A stretch of DNA of 64,000 nt from NCBI RefSeq assembly GCF_036321535.1, contig NC_087436.1:1302001-1366000 (forward strand), read 5' to 3'. Made by a program: the position numbers and the translations under genes. This DNA comes from Camelus dromedarius (Eukaryota). The notes under the pieces are model-generated. The model saw nothing but the letters and a program-made list of their open reading frames with translations, was not told where the DNA came from and searched no databases. Of the stretch, positions 1-13,200 are shown piece after piece (position 1 is the first letter of the stretch; each line of letters starts with the position of its first letter).

Positions 1-249
1 AACTTTGTGTTCCCAACAAGCTAGGTGAAGGACGGCTTTCACACACACTTATCTCTCAGAACTGAGCAAGTGGAGAGACGTTCGTTCATCTAGCACCAAG
101 GGAACGGGTTGCAGGAGACACTTTTTCTCTGCTTTCTCAGTCTGTTTCCTAGTGCCGGTTTGAAGTTCCTGCAGTTTTCACTGTAAAACCGAGTTGGAGC
201 TAGTACCTCCCAATATATATGTATGGAATGGAGTTTGCAACTGAAAAGA
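1..249. repeat. Representative monomer (about 45% GC, 6 CpG, one PstI CTGCAG, one MspI/HpaII CCGG, four CTAG)
   Basis: Direct reading and hand count (112 G+C of 249). It differs from the majority consensus only at CCCAAT versus CCCCAT (position 212). Confidence 0.95.
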
Positions 250-1742
250 AACTTTGTGTTCCCAACAAGCTAGGTGAAGGACGGCTTTCACACACACTTA
301 TTTCTCAGAACTGAGCAAGTGGAGAGACGTTCGTTCATCTAGCACCAAGGGAACGGGTTGCAGGAGACACTTTTTCTCTGCTTTCTCAGTCTGTTTCCTA
401 GTGCCGGGTTGAAGTTCCTGCAGTTTTCACTGTAAAACCGAGTTGGAGCTAGTACCTCCCCATATATATGTATGGAATGGAGTTTGCAACTGAAAAGAAA
501 CTTTGTGTTCCCAACAAGCTAGGTGAAGGACGGCTTTCACACACACTTATCTCTCAGAACTGAGCAAGTGGAGAGCGTTCGTTCATCTAGCACCAAGGGA
601 ACGGGTTGCAGGAGGCACTTTTTCTCTGCTTTCTCAGTCTGTTTCCTAGTGCCGGTTTGAAGTTCCTGCAGTTTTCACTGTAAAACCGAGTTGGAGCTAG
701 TACCTCCCCATATATATGTATGGAATGGAGAATGCAACTGAAAAGAAACTTTGTGTTCCCAACAAGCTAGGTGAAGGACGGCTTTCACACACACTTATCT
801 CTCAGAACTGAGCAAGTGGAGAGACGTTCGTTCATCTAGCACCAAGGGAACGGGTTGCAGGAGACACTTTTTCTCTGCTTTCTCAGTCTGTTTCCTAGTG
901 CCGGGTTGAAGTTCCTGCAGTTTTCACTGTAAAACCGATTTGGAGCTAGTACCTCCCTTTATATATGTATGGAAAGGAGTTTGCAACTGAAAAGAAACTT
1001 TGTGTTCCCAACAAGCTAGGTGAAGGACGGCTTTCACACACACTTATCTCTCAGAACTGAGCAAGTGGAGAGACGTTCGTTCATCCAGCACCAAGGGAAC
1101 GGGTTGCAGTAGACACTTTTTCTCTGCTTTCTAAGTCTGTTTCCTAGTGCCGGTTGGAAGTTCCTGCAGTTTTCACTGTCAAACCGAGTTGGAGCTAGTA
1201 CCTCCCCATATATATGTATGGAATGGAGTTTGCAACTGATAAGAAACTTTGTGTTCCCAACAAGCTAGGTGAAGGACGGCTTTCACACACACTTATCTCT
1301 CAGAACTGAGCAAGTGGAGAGACGTTCGTTCATCTAGCACCAAGGGAACGGGTTGCAGGAGTCACTTTTTCTCTGCTTTCTCAGTCTGTTTCCTAGTGCC
1401 GGTTTGAAGTTCCTGCAGTTTTCACTGTAAAACCGAGTTGGAGCTAGTATCTCCCCATATATATGTATGGAATGGAGTTTACAACTGAAAAGAAACTTTG
1501 TGTTCCCAACAAGCTAGGTGAAGGACGGCTTTCACACACACTTATCTCTCAGAACTGAGCAAGTGGAGAGACGTTCGTTCATCTAGCACCAAGGGAACGG
1601 GTTGCAGGAGACAATTTTTCTCTGCTTTCTCAGTCTGTTTCCTAGTGCCGGTTTGATGTTCCTGCAGTTTTCACTGTAAAACCGAGTTGGAGCTAGTACC
1701 TCCCCATATATATGTATGGAATGGAGTTTGCAACTGAAAAGA

Positions 1743-1989
1743 AACTTTTTGTTCCCAACAAGCTAGGTGAAGGACGGCTTTCACACCTCCTATTTCTCAG
1801 AACTGAGAAATGGAGAGACGTTCGTTCATCTAGCACCAAGGGAACGGGTTGCAGGAGACACTTTTTCTCAGCTTTCTCAGTCTGTTTCCTAGTGCCGGTT
1901 TGAAGTTCGTGCAGTTTTCACTGTCAAACGGAGTTGGAGCTAGTACCTCCCCTTATATATGTATGGAATGGAGTTTGCAACTGAAAAGA
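1743..1989. repeat. Diverged 247-bp monomer subtype X (also 15432-15678 and 59261-59507)
   Basis: Linked variants ACTTTTTG, CACACCTCCTAT, GAGAAATGG, CTCAGCTT, TTCGTGCAG and GTCAAACGGAG, with two 1-bp deletions. Confidence 0.92.
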
Positions 1990-4900
1990 AACTTTGTGTT
2001 CCCAACAAGCTAGGTAAAGAATGGCTTTCACACACACTTATCTCTCAGAACAGAGCAAGTGGAGAGACGTTCGTTCATCTAGCACCAAGGGAACGGGTTG
2101 CAGGAGACACTTTTTCTCTGCTTTCTCCATCTGTTTCCTAGTGCCGGTTTGAAGTTCCTGCAGTTTTCACTGTAAAACCGAGTTGGAGCTAGTACCTCCC
2201 CATATATATGTATGGAATGGAGTTTGCAACTGAAAAGAAACTTTGTGTTCCCAACAAGCTAGGTGAAGGACGGCTTTCACACACACTTATCTCTCAGAAC
2301 TGAGCAAGTGGAGAGACGTTCGTTCATCTAGCACCAAGGGAACGGGTTGCAGGAGACACTTTTTCTCTGCTTTCTCAGTCTGTTTCCTAGTGCCGGTTTG
2401 AAGTTCCTGCAGTTTTCACTGTAAATCCGAGTTGGAGCTAGTACCTCCCCATATATATGTATGGAATGGATTTTGCAACTGAAAAGAAACTTTGTGTTCC
2501 CAACAAGCTAGGTGAAGGACGCCTTTCACACACACTTATCTCTCAGAACTGAGCAAGTGGAGAGACGTTCGTTCATCTAGCACCAAGGGAACGGGTTGCA
2601 GGAGACACTTTTTCTCTGCTTTCTCAGTCTGTTTCCTAGTGCCGGGTTGATGTTCCTGCAGTTTTCACTGTAAAACCGAGTTGGAGCTAGTACCTCCCCA
2701 TATATATGTATGGAATGGAGTTTGCAACTGAAAAGAAACTTTGTGTTCCCAACAAGCAAGGTGAAGGACGGCTTTCACACACACTTATCTCTCAGAACTG
2801 AGCAAGTGGAGATTCGTTCGTTCATCTAGCACCAAGGGAACGGGTTGCAGGAGACACTTTTTCTCTGCTTTCTCAGTCTGTTTCCTAGTGCCGGTTTGAA
2901 GTTCCTGCAGTTTTCACTGTAAAACCGATTTGGAGCTAGTACCTCCCCATATATATGTATGGAATGGAGTTTGCAACTGAAAAGAAACTTTGTGTTCCCA
3001 ACAAGCTAGGTGAAGGACGGCTTTCACACACACTTATCTCTCAGAACTGAGCAAGTGGAGAGACGTTCGTTCATCTAGCACCAAGGGAACGGGTTGCAGG
3101 AGAAACTTTTTCTCTGCTTTCTCAGTCTGTTTCCTAGTGCCGGTTTGAAGTTCCTGCAGTTTTCACTGTAAAACCGAGTTGGAGCTAGTACCTCCCAATA
3201 TATATGTATGGAATGGAGTTTGCAACTGAAAAGAAACTTTGTGTTCCCAACAAGCTAGGTGAAGGACGGCTTTCACACACACTTATTTCTCAGAACTGAG
3301 CAAGTGGAGAGACGTTCGTTCATCTAGCACCAAGGGAACGGGTTGCAGGAGACACTTTTTCTCTGCTTTCTCAGTCTGTTTCCTAGTGCCGGGTTGAAGT
3401 TCCTGCAGTTTTCACTGTAAAACCGAGTTGGAGCTAGTACCTCCCCATATATATGTATGGAATGGAGTTTGCAACTGAAAAGAAACTTTGTGTTCCCAAC
3501 AAGCTAGTTGAAGGACGGCTTTCACACACACTTATCTCTCAGAACTGAGCAAGTGGAGAGACGTTCGTTCATCTAGCACCAAGGGAACGGGTTGCAGGAG
3601 ACACTTTTTCTCTGCTTTCTCAGTCTGTTTCCTAGTGCCGGTTTGAAGTTCCTGCAGTTTTCACTGTAAAACCGAGTTGGAGCTAGTACCTCCCTTTATA
3701 TATGTATGGAAAGGAGTTTGCAACTGAAAAGAAACTTTGTGTTCCCAACAAGCTAGGTGAAGGACGGCTTTCACACACACTTATCTCTCAGAACTGAGCA
3801 AGTGGAGAGACGTTCGTTCATCTAGCACCAAGGGAACGGGTTGCAGGAGACACTTTTTCTCTGCTTTCTCAGTCTGTTTCCTAGTGCCGGTTTGAAGTTC
3901 CTGCAGTTTTCACTGTAAAACCGAGTTGGAGCTAGTACCTCCCTTTATATATGTATGGAAAGGAGTTTGCAACTGAAAAGAAACTTTGTGTTCCCAACAA
4001 GCTAGGTGAAGGACGGCTTTCACACACACTTATCTCTCAGAACTGAGCAAGTGGAGAGACGTTCGTTCATCTAGCACCAAAGGAACGGGTTGCAGGAGAC
4101 ACTTTTTCTCTGCTTTCTCAGTCTGTTTCCTAGTGCCGGTTTGAAGTTCCTGCAGTTTTCACTGTAAAACCGAGTTGGAGCTAGTACCTCCCAATATATA
4201 TGTATGGAATGGAGTTTGCAACTGAAAAGAATCTTTGTGTTCCCAACAAGCTAGGTGAAGGACGGCTTTCACACACACTTATCTCTCAGAACTGAGCAAG
4301 TGGAGAGACGTTCGTTCATCTAGCACCAAGGGAACGGGTTGCAGGAGACACTTTTTCTCTGCTTTCTCAGTCTGTTTCCTAGTGCCGGTTTGAAGTTCCT
4401 GCAGTTTTCACTGTAAAACCGAGTTGGAGCTAGTACCTCCCCATATATATGTATGGAAAGGAGTTTGCAACTGAAAAGAAACTTTGTGTTCCCAACAAGC
4501 TAGGTGAAGGACGGCTTTCACACACACTTATCTCTCAGAACTGAGCAAGTGGAGAGACGTTCGTTCATCTAGCACCAAGGGAACGGGTTGCAGGAGACAC
4601 TTTTTCTCTGCTTTCTCAGTCTGTTTCCTAGTGCCGGTTTGATGTTCCTGCAGTTTTCACTGTAAAACCGAGTTGGAGCTAGTACCTCCCAATATATATG
4701 TATGGAATGGAGTTTGCAACTGAAAAGAATCTTTGTGTTCCCAACAAGCTAGGTGAAGGACGGCTTTCACACACACTTATCTCTCAGAACTGAGCAAGTG
4801 GAGAGACGTTCGTTCATCTAGCACCAAGGGAACGGGTTGCAGGAGACACTTTTTCTCTGCTTTCTCAGTCTGTTTCCTAGTGCCGGTTTGAAGTTCCTGC

Positions 4901-7219
4901 AGTTTTCACTGTAAAACCGAGTTGGAGCTAGTACCTCCCCATATATATGTATGGAATGGAGTTTGCAACTGAAAAGAAACTTTGTGTTCCCAACAAGCTA
5001 GGTGAAGGACGGCTTTCACACACACTTATCTCTCAGAACTGAGCAAGTGGAGAGACGTTCGTTCATCTAGCACCAAGGGAACGGGTTGCAGGAGACACTT
5101 TTTCTCTGCTTTCTCTGTCTGTTTCCTAGTGCCGGTTTGAGGTTCCTGCAGTTTTCACTGTAAAACCGAGTTGGAGCTAGTACCTCCCCATATATATGTA
5201 TGGAATGGAGTTTGCAACTGAAAAGAAACTTTGTGTTCCCAACAAGCTAGGTGAAGGACGGCTTTCACACACACTTATCTCTCAGAACTGAGCAAGTGGA
5301 GAGACGTTCGTTCATCTAGCACCAAGGGAACGGGTTGCAGGAGACACTTTTTCTCTGCTTTCTCAGTCTGTTTCCTAGTGCCGGGTTGAAGTTCCTGCAG
5401 TTTTCACTGTAAAACCGAGTTGGAGCTATTACCTCCCCATATATATGTATGGAATGGAGTTTGCAACTGAAAAGAAACTTTGTGTTCCCAACAAGCTAGG
5501 TGAAGGACGGCTTTCACACACACTTATCTCTCAGAACTGAGCAAGTGGAGAGACGTTCGTTCATCTAGCACCAAGGGAACGGGTTGCAGGAGACACTTTT
5601 TCTCTGCTTTCTCAGTCTGTTTCCTAGTGCCGGTTTGAAGTTCCTGCAGTTTTCACTGTAAAACCGAGTTGGAGCTAGTACCTCCCCATATATATGTATG
5701 GAATGGTGTTTGCAACTGAAAAGAAACTTTGTGTTCCCAACAAGCTAGGTGAAGGACGGCTTTCACACACACTTATCTCTCAGAACTGAGGAAGTGGAGA
5801 GACGTTCTTTCATCTAGCACCAAGGGAACGGGTTGCAGGAGACACTTTTTCTCTGCTTTCTCAGTCTGTTTCCTAGTGCCGGTTTGAAGTTCCTGCAGTT
5901 TTCACTGTAAAACCGAGTTGGAGCTTGTACCTCCCAATATATATGTATGGAATGGAGTTTGCAACTGAAAAGAATCTTTGTGTTCCCAACAAGCTAGGTG
6001 AAGGACGGCTTTCACACACACTTATCTCTCAGAACTGAGCAAGTGGAGAGACGTTCGTTCATCTAGCACCAAGGGAACGGGTTGCAGGAGACACTTTTTC
6101 TCTGCTTTCTCAGTCTGTTTCCTAGTGCCGGTTTGAAGTTCCTGCAGTTTTCACTGTAAAACCGAGTTGGAGCTAGTACCTCCCCATATATATGTATGGA
6201 ATGGATTTTGCAACTGAAAAGAAACTTTGTGTTCCCAACAAGCTAGGTGAAGGACGGCTTTCACACACACTTATCTCTCAGAACTGAGCAAGTGGAGAGA
6301 CGTTCGTTCATCTAGCACCAAGGGAACGGGTTGCAGGAGACACTTTTTCTCTGCTTTCTCAGTCTGTTTCCTAGTGCCGGTTTGAAGTTCCTGCAGTTTT
6401 CACGGTAAAACCGAGTTGGAGCTAGTACCTCCCCATATATATGTATGGAATGGAGTTTGCAACTGAAAAGAAACTTTGTGTTCCCAAGAAGCTAGGTGAA
6501 GGACGGCTTTCACACACATTTATCTCTCAGAACTGAGCAAGTGGAGAGAAGTTCGTTCATCTAGCACCAAGGGAACGGGTTGCAGGAGACACTTTTTCTC
6601 TGCTTTCTCAGTCTGTTTCCTAGTGCCGGTTTGAAGTTCCTGCAGTTTTCACTGTAAAACCGAGTTGGAGCTAGTACCTCCCCATATATATGTATGGAAT
6701 GGAGAATGCAACTGAAAAGAAACTTTGTGTTCCCAACAAGCTAGGTGAAGGACGGCTTTCACACACACTTATCTCTCAGAACTGAGCAAGTGGAGAGACG
6801 TTCGTTCATCTAGCACCAAGGGAACGGGTTGCAGGAGACACTTTTTCTCTGCTTTCTCAGTCTGTTTCCTAGTGCCGGGTTGATGTTCCTGCAGTTTTCA
6901 CTGTAAAACCGAGTTGGAGCTAGTACCTCCCCATATATATGTATGGAATGGAGTTTGCAACTGAAAAGAAACTTTGTGTTCCCAACAAGCTAGGTGAAGG
7001 ACGGCTTTCACACACACTTATCTCTCAGAACTGAGCAAGTGGAGATTCGTTCGTTCATCTAGCACCAAGGGAACGGGTTGCAGGAGACACTTTTTCTCTG
7101 CTTTCTCAGTCTGTTTCCTAGTGCCGGTTTGAAGTTCCTGCAGTTTTCACTGTAAAACCGAGTTGGAGCTAGTACCTCCCCATATATATGTATGGAATGG
7201 AGTTTGCAACTGAAAAGAA

Positions 7220-10200
7220 ACTTTGTGTTCCCAACAAGCTAGGTGAAGGACGGCTTTCACACACACTTATCTCTCAGAACTGAGCAAGTGGAGAGACGTT
7301 CGTTCATCTAGCACCAAGGGAACGGGTTGCAGGAGACACTTTTTCTCTGCTTTCTCAGTCTGTTTCCTAGTGCCGGTTTGAAGTTCCTGCAGTTTTCACT
7401 GTAAAACCGAGTTGGAGCTAGTACCTCCCAATATATATGTATGGAATGGAGTTTGCAACTGAAAAGAAACTTTGTGTTCCCAACAAGCTAGGTGAAGGAC
7501 GGCTTTCACACACACTTATTTCTCAGAACTGAGCAAGTGGAGAGACTTTCGTTCATCTAGCACCAAGGGAACGGGTTGCAGGAGACACTTTCTCTCTGCT
7601 TTCTCAGTCTGTTTCCTAGTGCCGGGTTGAAGTTCCTGCAGTTTTCACTGTCAAACCGAGTTGGAGCTAGTACCTCCCCATATATATGTATGGAATGGAG
7701 TTTGCAACTGAAAAGAAACTTTGTGTTCCCAACAAGCTAGGTGAAGGACGGCTTTCACACACACTTATCTCTCAGAACTGAGCAAGTGGAGAGACGTTCG
7801 TTCATCTAGCACCAAGGGAACGGGTTGCAGGAGACACTTTTTCTCTGCTTTCTCAGTCTGTTTCCTAGTGCCGGTTTGAAGTTCCTGCAGTTTTCACTGT
7901 AAAACCGAGTTGGAGCTAGTACCTCCCCATATATATGTATGGAATGGAGAATGCAACTGAAAAGAAACTTTGTGTTCCCAACAAGCTAGGTGAAGGACGG
8001 CTTTCACACACACTTATCTCTCAGAACTGAGCAAGTGGAGAGACGTTCGTTCATCTAGCACCAAGGGAACGGGTTGCAGGAGACACTTTTTCTCTGCTTT
8101 CTCAGTCTGTTTCCTAGTGCCGGTTTGAAGTTCCTGCAGTTTTCACTGTAAAACCGAGTTGGAGCTAGTACCTCCCCATATATATGTATGGAATGGAGTT
8201 TGCAACTGAAAAGAAACTTTGTGTTCCTAACAAGCTAGGTGAAGGAAGGCTTTCACACACACTTATCTCTCAGAACTGAGCAAGTGGAGATTCGTTCGTT
8301 CATCTAGCACCAAGGGAACGGGTTGCAGGAGACACTTTTTCTCTGCTTTCTCAGTCTGTTTCCTAGTGCCGGTTTGAAGTTCCTGCAGTTTTCACTGTAA
8401 AACCGAGTTGGAGCTAGTACCTCCCCATATATATGTATGGAATGGGGTTTGCAACTGAAAAGAAACTTTGTGTTCCCAACAAGCTAGGTGAAGGACGGCT
8501 TTCACACACACTTAACTCTCAGAACTGAGCAAGTGGAGAGACGTTCGTTCATCTAGAACCAAGGGAACGGGTTGCAGGAGACACTTTTTCTCTGCTTTCT
8601 CAGTATGTTTCCTAGTGCCGGTTTGAAGTTCCTGCAGTTTTCACTGTAAAACCGAGTTGGAGCTAGTACCTCCCCTTATATAATTATGGAAAGGAGTTTG
8701 CAACTGAAAAGAAACTTTGTGTTCCCAACAAGCTAGGTGAAGGACGGCTTTCACACACACTTATCTCTCAGAACTGAGCAAGTGGAGAGACGTTCGTTCA
8801 TCTAGCACCAAGGGAACGGGTTGCAGGAGACACTTTTTCTCTGCTTTCTCAGTCTGTTTCCTAGTGCCGGGTTGAAGTTCCTGCAGTTTTCACTGTAAAA
8901 CCGAGTTGGAGCTAGAACCTCCCCATATATATGTATGGAATGGAGTTTGCAACTGAAAAGAAACTTTGTGTTCCCAACAATCTAGGTGAAGGACGGCTTT
9001 CACACACACTTATCTCTCAGAACTGAGCAAGTTGAGAGACGTTCTTTCATCTAGGACCAAGGGAACGGGTTGAAGGAGACACTCTTTCTCTGCTTTCTCA
9101 GTCTGTTTCCTAGTGCCGGTTTGAAGTTCCTGCAGTTTTCACTGTCAAACCGAGTTGGAGCTAGTTCCTCCCCATATATATGTATGGAATGGAGTTTGCA
9201 ACTGAAAAGAAACTTTGTGTTCCCAACAAGCTAGGTGAAGGGCGGCTTTCACACACACTTATCTCTCAGAACTGAGCAAGTGGAGAGACGTTCGTTCATC
9301 TAGCACCAAGGGAACGGGTTGCAGGAGACACTTTTTCTCTGCTTTCTCAGTCTGTTTCCTAGTGCCGGTTTGAAGTTCCTGCAGTTTTCACTGTCAAACC
9401 GAGTTGGAGCTAGTACCTCCCCATATATATGTATGGAATGGAGTTTGCAACTGAAAAGAAACTTTGTGTTCCCAACAAGCTAGGTGAAGGACGGCTTTCA
9501 CACACACTTATCTCTCAGAACTGAGGAAGTGGAGAGACGTTCGTTCATCTAGCACCAAGGGAACGGGTTGCAGGAGACACTTTTTCTCTGCTTTCTCAGT
9601 CTGTTTCCTAGTGCCGGTTTGAAGTTCCTGCAGTTTTCACTGTAAAACCGAGTTGGAGCTAGTACCTCCCAATATATATGTATGGAATGGAGTTTGCAAC
9701 TGAAAAGAATCTTTGTGTTCCCAACAAGCTAGGTGAAGGACGGCTTTCACACACACTTATCTCTCAGAACTGAGCAAGTGGAGAGACGTTCGTTCATCTA
9801 GCACCAAGGGAACGGGTTGCAGGAGACACTTTTTCTCTGCTTTCTCAGTCTGTTTCCAAGTGCCGGTTTGAAGTTCCTGCAGTTTTCACTGTAAAACCGA
9901 GTTGGAGCTAGTACCTCCCCATATATATGTATGGAATGGAGTTTGCAACTGAAAAGAAACTTTGTGTTCCCAACAAGCTAGGTGAAGGACGGCTTTCACA
10001 CACACTTATCTCTCAGAACTGAGCAAGTGGAGAGACGTTCGTTCATCTAGCACCAAGGGAACGGGTTGCAGGAGACACTTTTTCTCTGCTTTCTCAGTCT
10101 GTTTCCTAGTGCCGGTTTGAAGTTCCTGCAGTTTTCACTGTAAAACCGAGTTGGAGCTAGTACCTCCCAATATATATGTATGGAATGGAGTTTGCAACTG

Positions 10201-13200
10201 AAAAGAAACTTTGTGTTCCCAACAAGCTAGGTGAAGGACGGCTTTCACACACATTTATTTCTCAGAACTGAGCAAGTGGAGAGACGTTCGTTCATCTATC
10301 ACCAAGGGAACGGGTGGCAGGAGACACTTTTTCTCTGCTTTCTCAGTCTGTTTCCTAGTGCCGGGTTGAAGTTCCTGCAGTTTTCACTGTAAAACCGAGT
10401 TGGAGCTAGTACCTCCCCATATATATGTATGGAATGGAGTTTGCAACTGAAAAGAAACTTTGTGTTCCCAACAAGCTAGGTGAAGGACGGCTTTCACACA
10501 CACTTATCTCTCAGAACTGAGCAAGTGGAGAGCGTTCGTTCATCTAGCACCAAGGGAACGGGTTGCAGGAGGCACTTTTTCTCTGCTTTCTCAGTCTGTT
10601 TCCTAGTGCCGGTTTGAAGTTCCTGCAGTTTTCACTGTAAAACCGAGTTGGAGCTAGTACCTCCCCATATATATGTATGGAATGGAGAATGCAACTGAAA
10701 AGAAACTTTGTGTTCCCAACAAGCTAGGTGAAGGACGGCTTTCACACACACTTATCTCTCAGAACTGAGCAAGTGGAGAGACGTTCGTTCATCTAGCACC
10801 AAGGGAACGGGTTGCAGGAGACACTTTTTCTCTGCTTTCTCAGTCTGTTTCCTAGTGCCGGTTTGAAGTTCCTGCAGTTTTCACTGTAAAACCGAGTTGG
10901 AGCTAGTACCTCCCCATATATATGTATGGAATGGAGTTTGCAACTGAAAAGAAACTTTGTGTTCCCAACAAGCTAGGTGAAGTACGGCTTTCACACACAC
11001 TTATCTCTCAGAACTGAGCAAGTGGAGAGACGTTCGTTCATCTAGCACCAAGGGAACGGGTTGCAAGAGACACTTTTTCTCTGCTTTCTCAGTCTGTTTC
11101 CTAGTGCCGGTTTGAAGTTCCTGCAGTTTTCACTGTAAAACCGAGTTGGAGCTAGTACCTCCCAATATATATGTATGGAATGGAGTTTGCAACTGAAAAG
11201 AAACTTTGTGTTCCCAACAAGCTAGGTGAAGGACGGCTTTCACACACACTTATTTCTCAGAACTGAGCAAGTGGAGAGACTTTCGTTCATCTAGCACCAA
11301 GGGAACGGGTTGCAGGAGACACTTTCTCTCTGCTTTCTCAGTCTGTTTCCTAGTGCCGGGTTGAAGTTCCTGCAGTTTTCACTGTAAAACCGAGTTGGAG
11401 CTAGTACCTCCCCATATATATGTATGGAATGGAGTTTGCAACTGAAAAGAAACTTTGTGTTCCCAACAAGCTAGGTGAAGGACGGCTTTCACACACACTT
11501 ATCTCTCAGAACTGAGCAAGTGGAGAGACGTTCGTTCATCTAGCACCAAGGGAACGGGTTGCAGGAGACACTTTTTCTCTGCTTTCTCAGTCTGTTTCCT
11601 AGTGCCGGTTTGAAGTTCCTGCAGTTTTCACTGTAAAACCGAGTTGGAGCTAGTACCTCCCCATATATATGTATGGAATGGAGAATGCAACTGAAAAGAA
11701 ACTTTGTGTTCCCAACAAGCTAGGTGAAGGACGGCTTTCACACACACTTATTTCTCAGAACTGAGCAAGTGGAGAGACGTTCGTTCATCTAGCACCAAGG
11801 GAACGGGTTGCAGGAGACACTTTTTCTCTGCTTTCTCAGTCTGTTTCCTAGTGCCGGTTTGAAGTTCCTGCAGTTTTCACTGTAAAACCGAGTTGGAGCT
11901 AGTACCTCCCCATATATATGTATGGAATGGAGTTTGCAACTGAAAAGAAACTTTGTGTTCCTAACAAGCTAGGTGAAGGAAGGCTTTCACACACACTTAT
12001 CTCTCAGAACTGAGCAAGTGGAGATTCGTTCGTTCATCTAGCACCAAGGGAACGGGATGCAGGAGACACTTTTTCTCTGCTTTCTCAGTCTGTTTCCTAG
12101 TGCCGGTTTGAAGTTCCTGCAGTTTTCACTGTAAAACCGAGTTGGAGCTAGTACCTCCCCATATATATGTATGGAATGGGGTTTGCAACTGAAAAGAAAC
12201 TTTGTGTTCCCAACAAGCTAGGTGAAGGACGGCTTTCACACACACTTAACTCTCAGAACTGAGCAAGTGGAGAGACTTTCGTTCATCTAGAACCAAGGGA
12301 ACGGGTTGCAGGAGACACTTTTTCTCTGCTTTCTCAGTATGTTTCCTAGTGCCGGTTTGAAGTTCCTGCAGTTTTCACTGTAAAACCGAGTTGGAGCTAG
12401 TACCTCCCCTTATATAATTATGGAAAGGAGTTTGCAACTGAAAAGAAACTTTGTGTTCCCAACAAGCTAGGTGAAGGACGGCTTTCACACACACTTATCT
12501 CTCAGAACTGAGCAAGTGGAGAGACGTTCGTTCATCTAGCACCAAGGGAACGGGTTGCAGGAGACACTTTTTCTCTGCTTTCTCAGTCTGTTTCCTAGTG
12601 CCGGGTTGAAGTTCCTGCAGTTTTCACTGTAAAACCGAGTTGGAGCTAGAACCTCCCCATATATATGTATGGAATGGAGTTTGCAACTGAAAAGAAACTT
12701 TGTGTTCCCAACAATCTAGGTGAAGGACGGCTTTCACACACACTTATCTCTCAGAACTGAGCAAGTTGAGAGACGTTCTTTCATCTAGGACCAAGGGAAC
12801 GGGTTGAAGGAGACACTCTTTCTCTGCTTTCTCAGTCTGTTTCCTAGTGCCGGTTTGAAGTTCCTGCAGTTTTCACTGTCAAACCGAGTTGGAGCTAGTA
12901 CCTCCCCATATATATGTATGGAATGGAGTTTGCAACTGAAAAGAAACTTTGTGTTCCCAACAAGCTAGGTGAAGGGCGGCTTTCACACACACTTATCTCT
13001 CAGAACTGAGCAAGTGGAGAGACGTTCGTTCATCTAGCACCAAGGGAACGGGTTGCAGGAGACACTTTTTCTCTGCTTTCTCAGTCTGTTTCCTAGTGCC
13101 GGTTTGAAGTTCCTGCAGTTTTCACTGTAAAACCGAGTTGGAGCTAGTACCTCCCCATATATATGTATGGAATGGAGTTTGCAACTGAAAAGAAACTTTG

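Noticed and set aside
213..224. TATA-box or promoter call at ATATATAT
   Set aside because: A short (AT)n tract with no downstream gene or transcription evidence.
223..232. HSat2/3-like (GGAAT)n motif ATGGAATGGA
   Set aside because: Only two pentamer units per monomer, which is chance level.
1..249. Tandem RNA gene array (5S rRNA, tRNA, snRNA, spliced leader)
   Set aside because: I see no recognisable 5S, tRNA cloverleaf or snRNA sequence and no convincing A/B boxes, and variants are spread across the whole unit. An Rfam cmscan would settle it.
1..249. Primate alpha satellite homology (AGAAACTTTGTG, TCTCAGAA, pJ-alpha-like CTAGGTGAAGGA)
   Set aside because: Only short scattered word matches, wrong monomer length (249 versus 171), and no collinear similarity I can support.
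1..498. Nucleosome-phasing model (dimer 498 bp = 3 x 166 bp)
   Set aside because: Arithmetic only. There is no systematic A/B dimer alternation, and it cannot be tested without MNase data.
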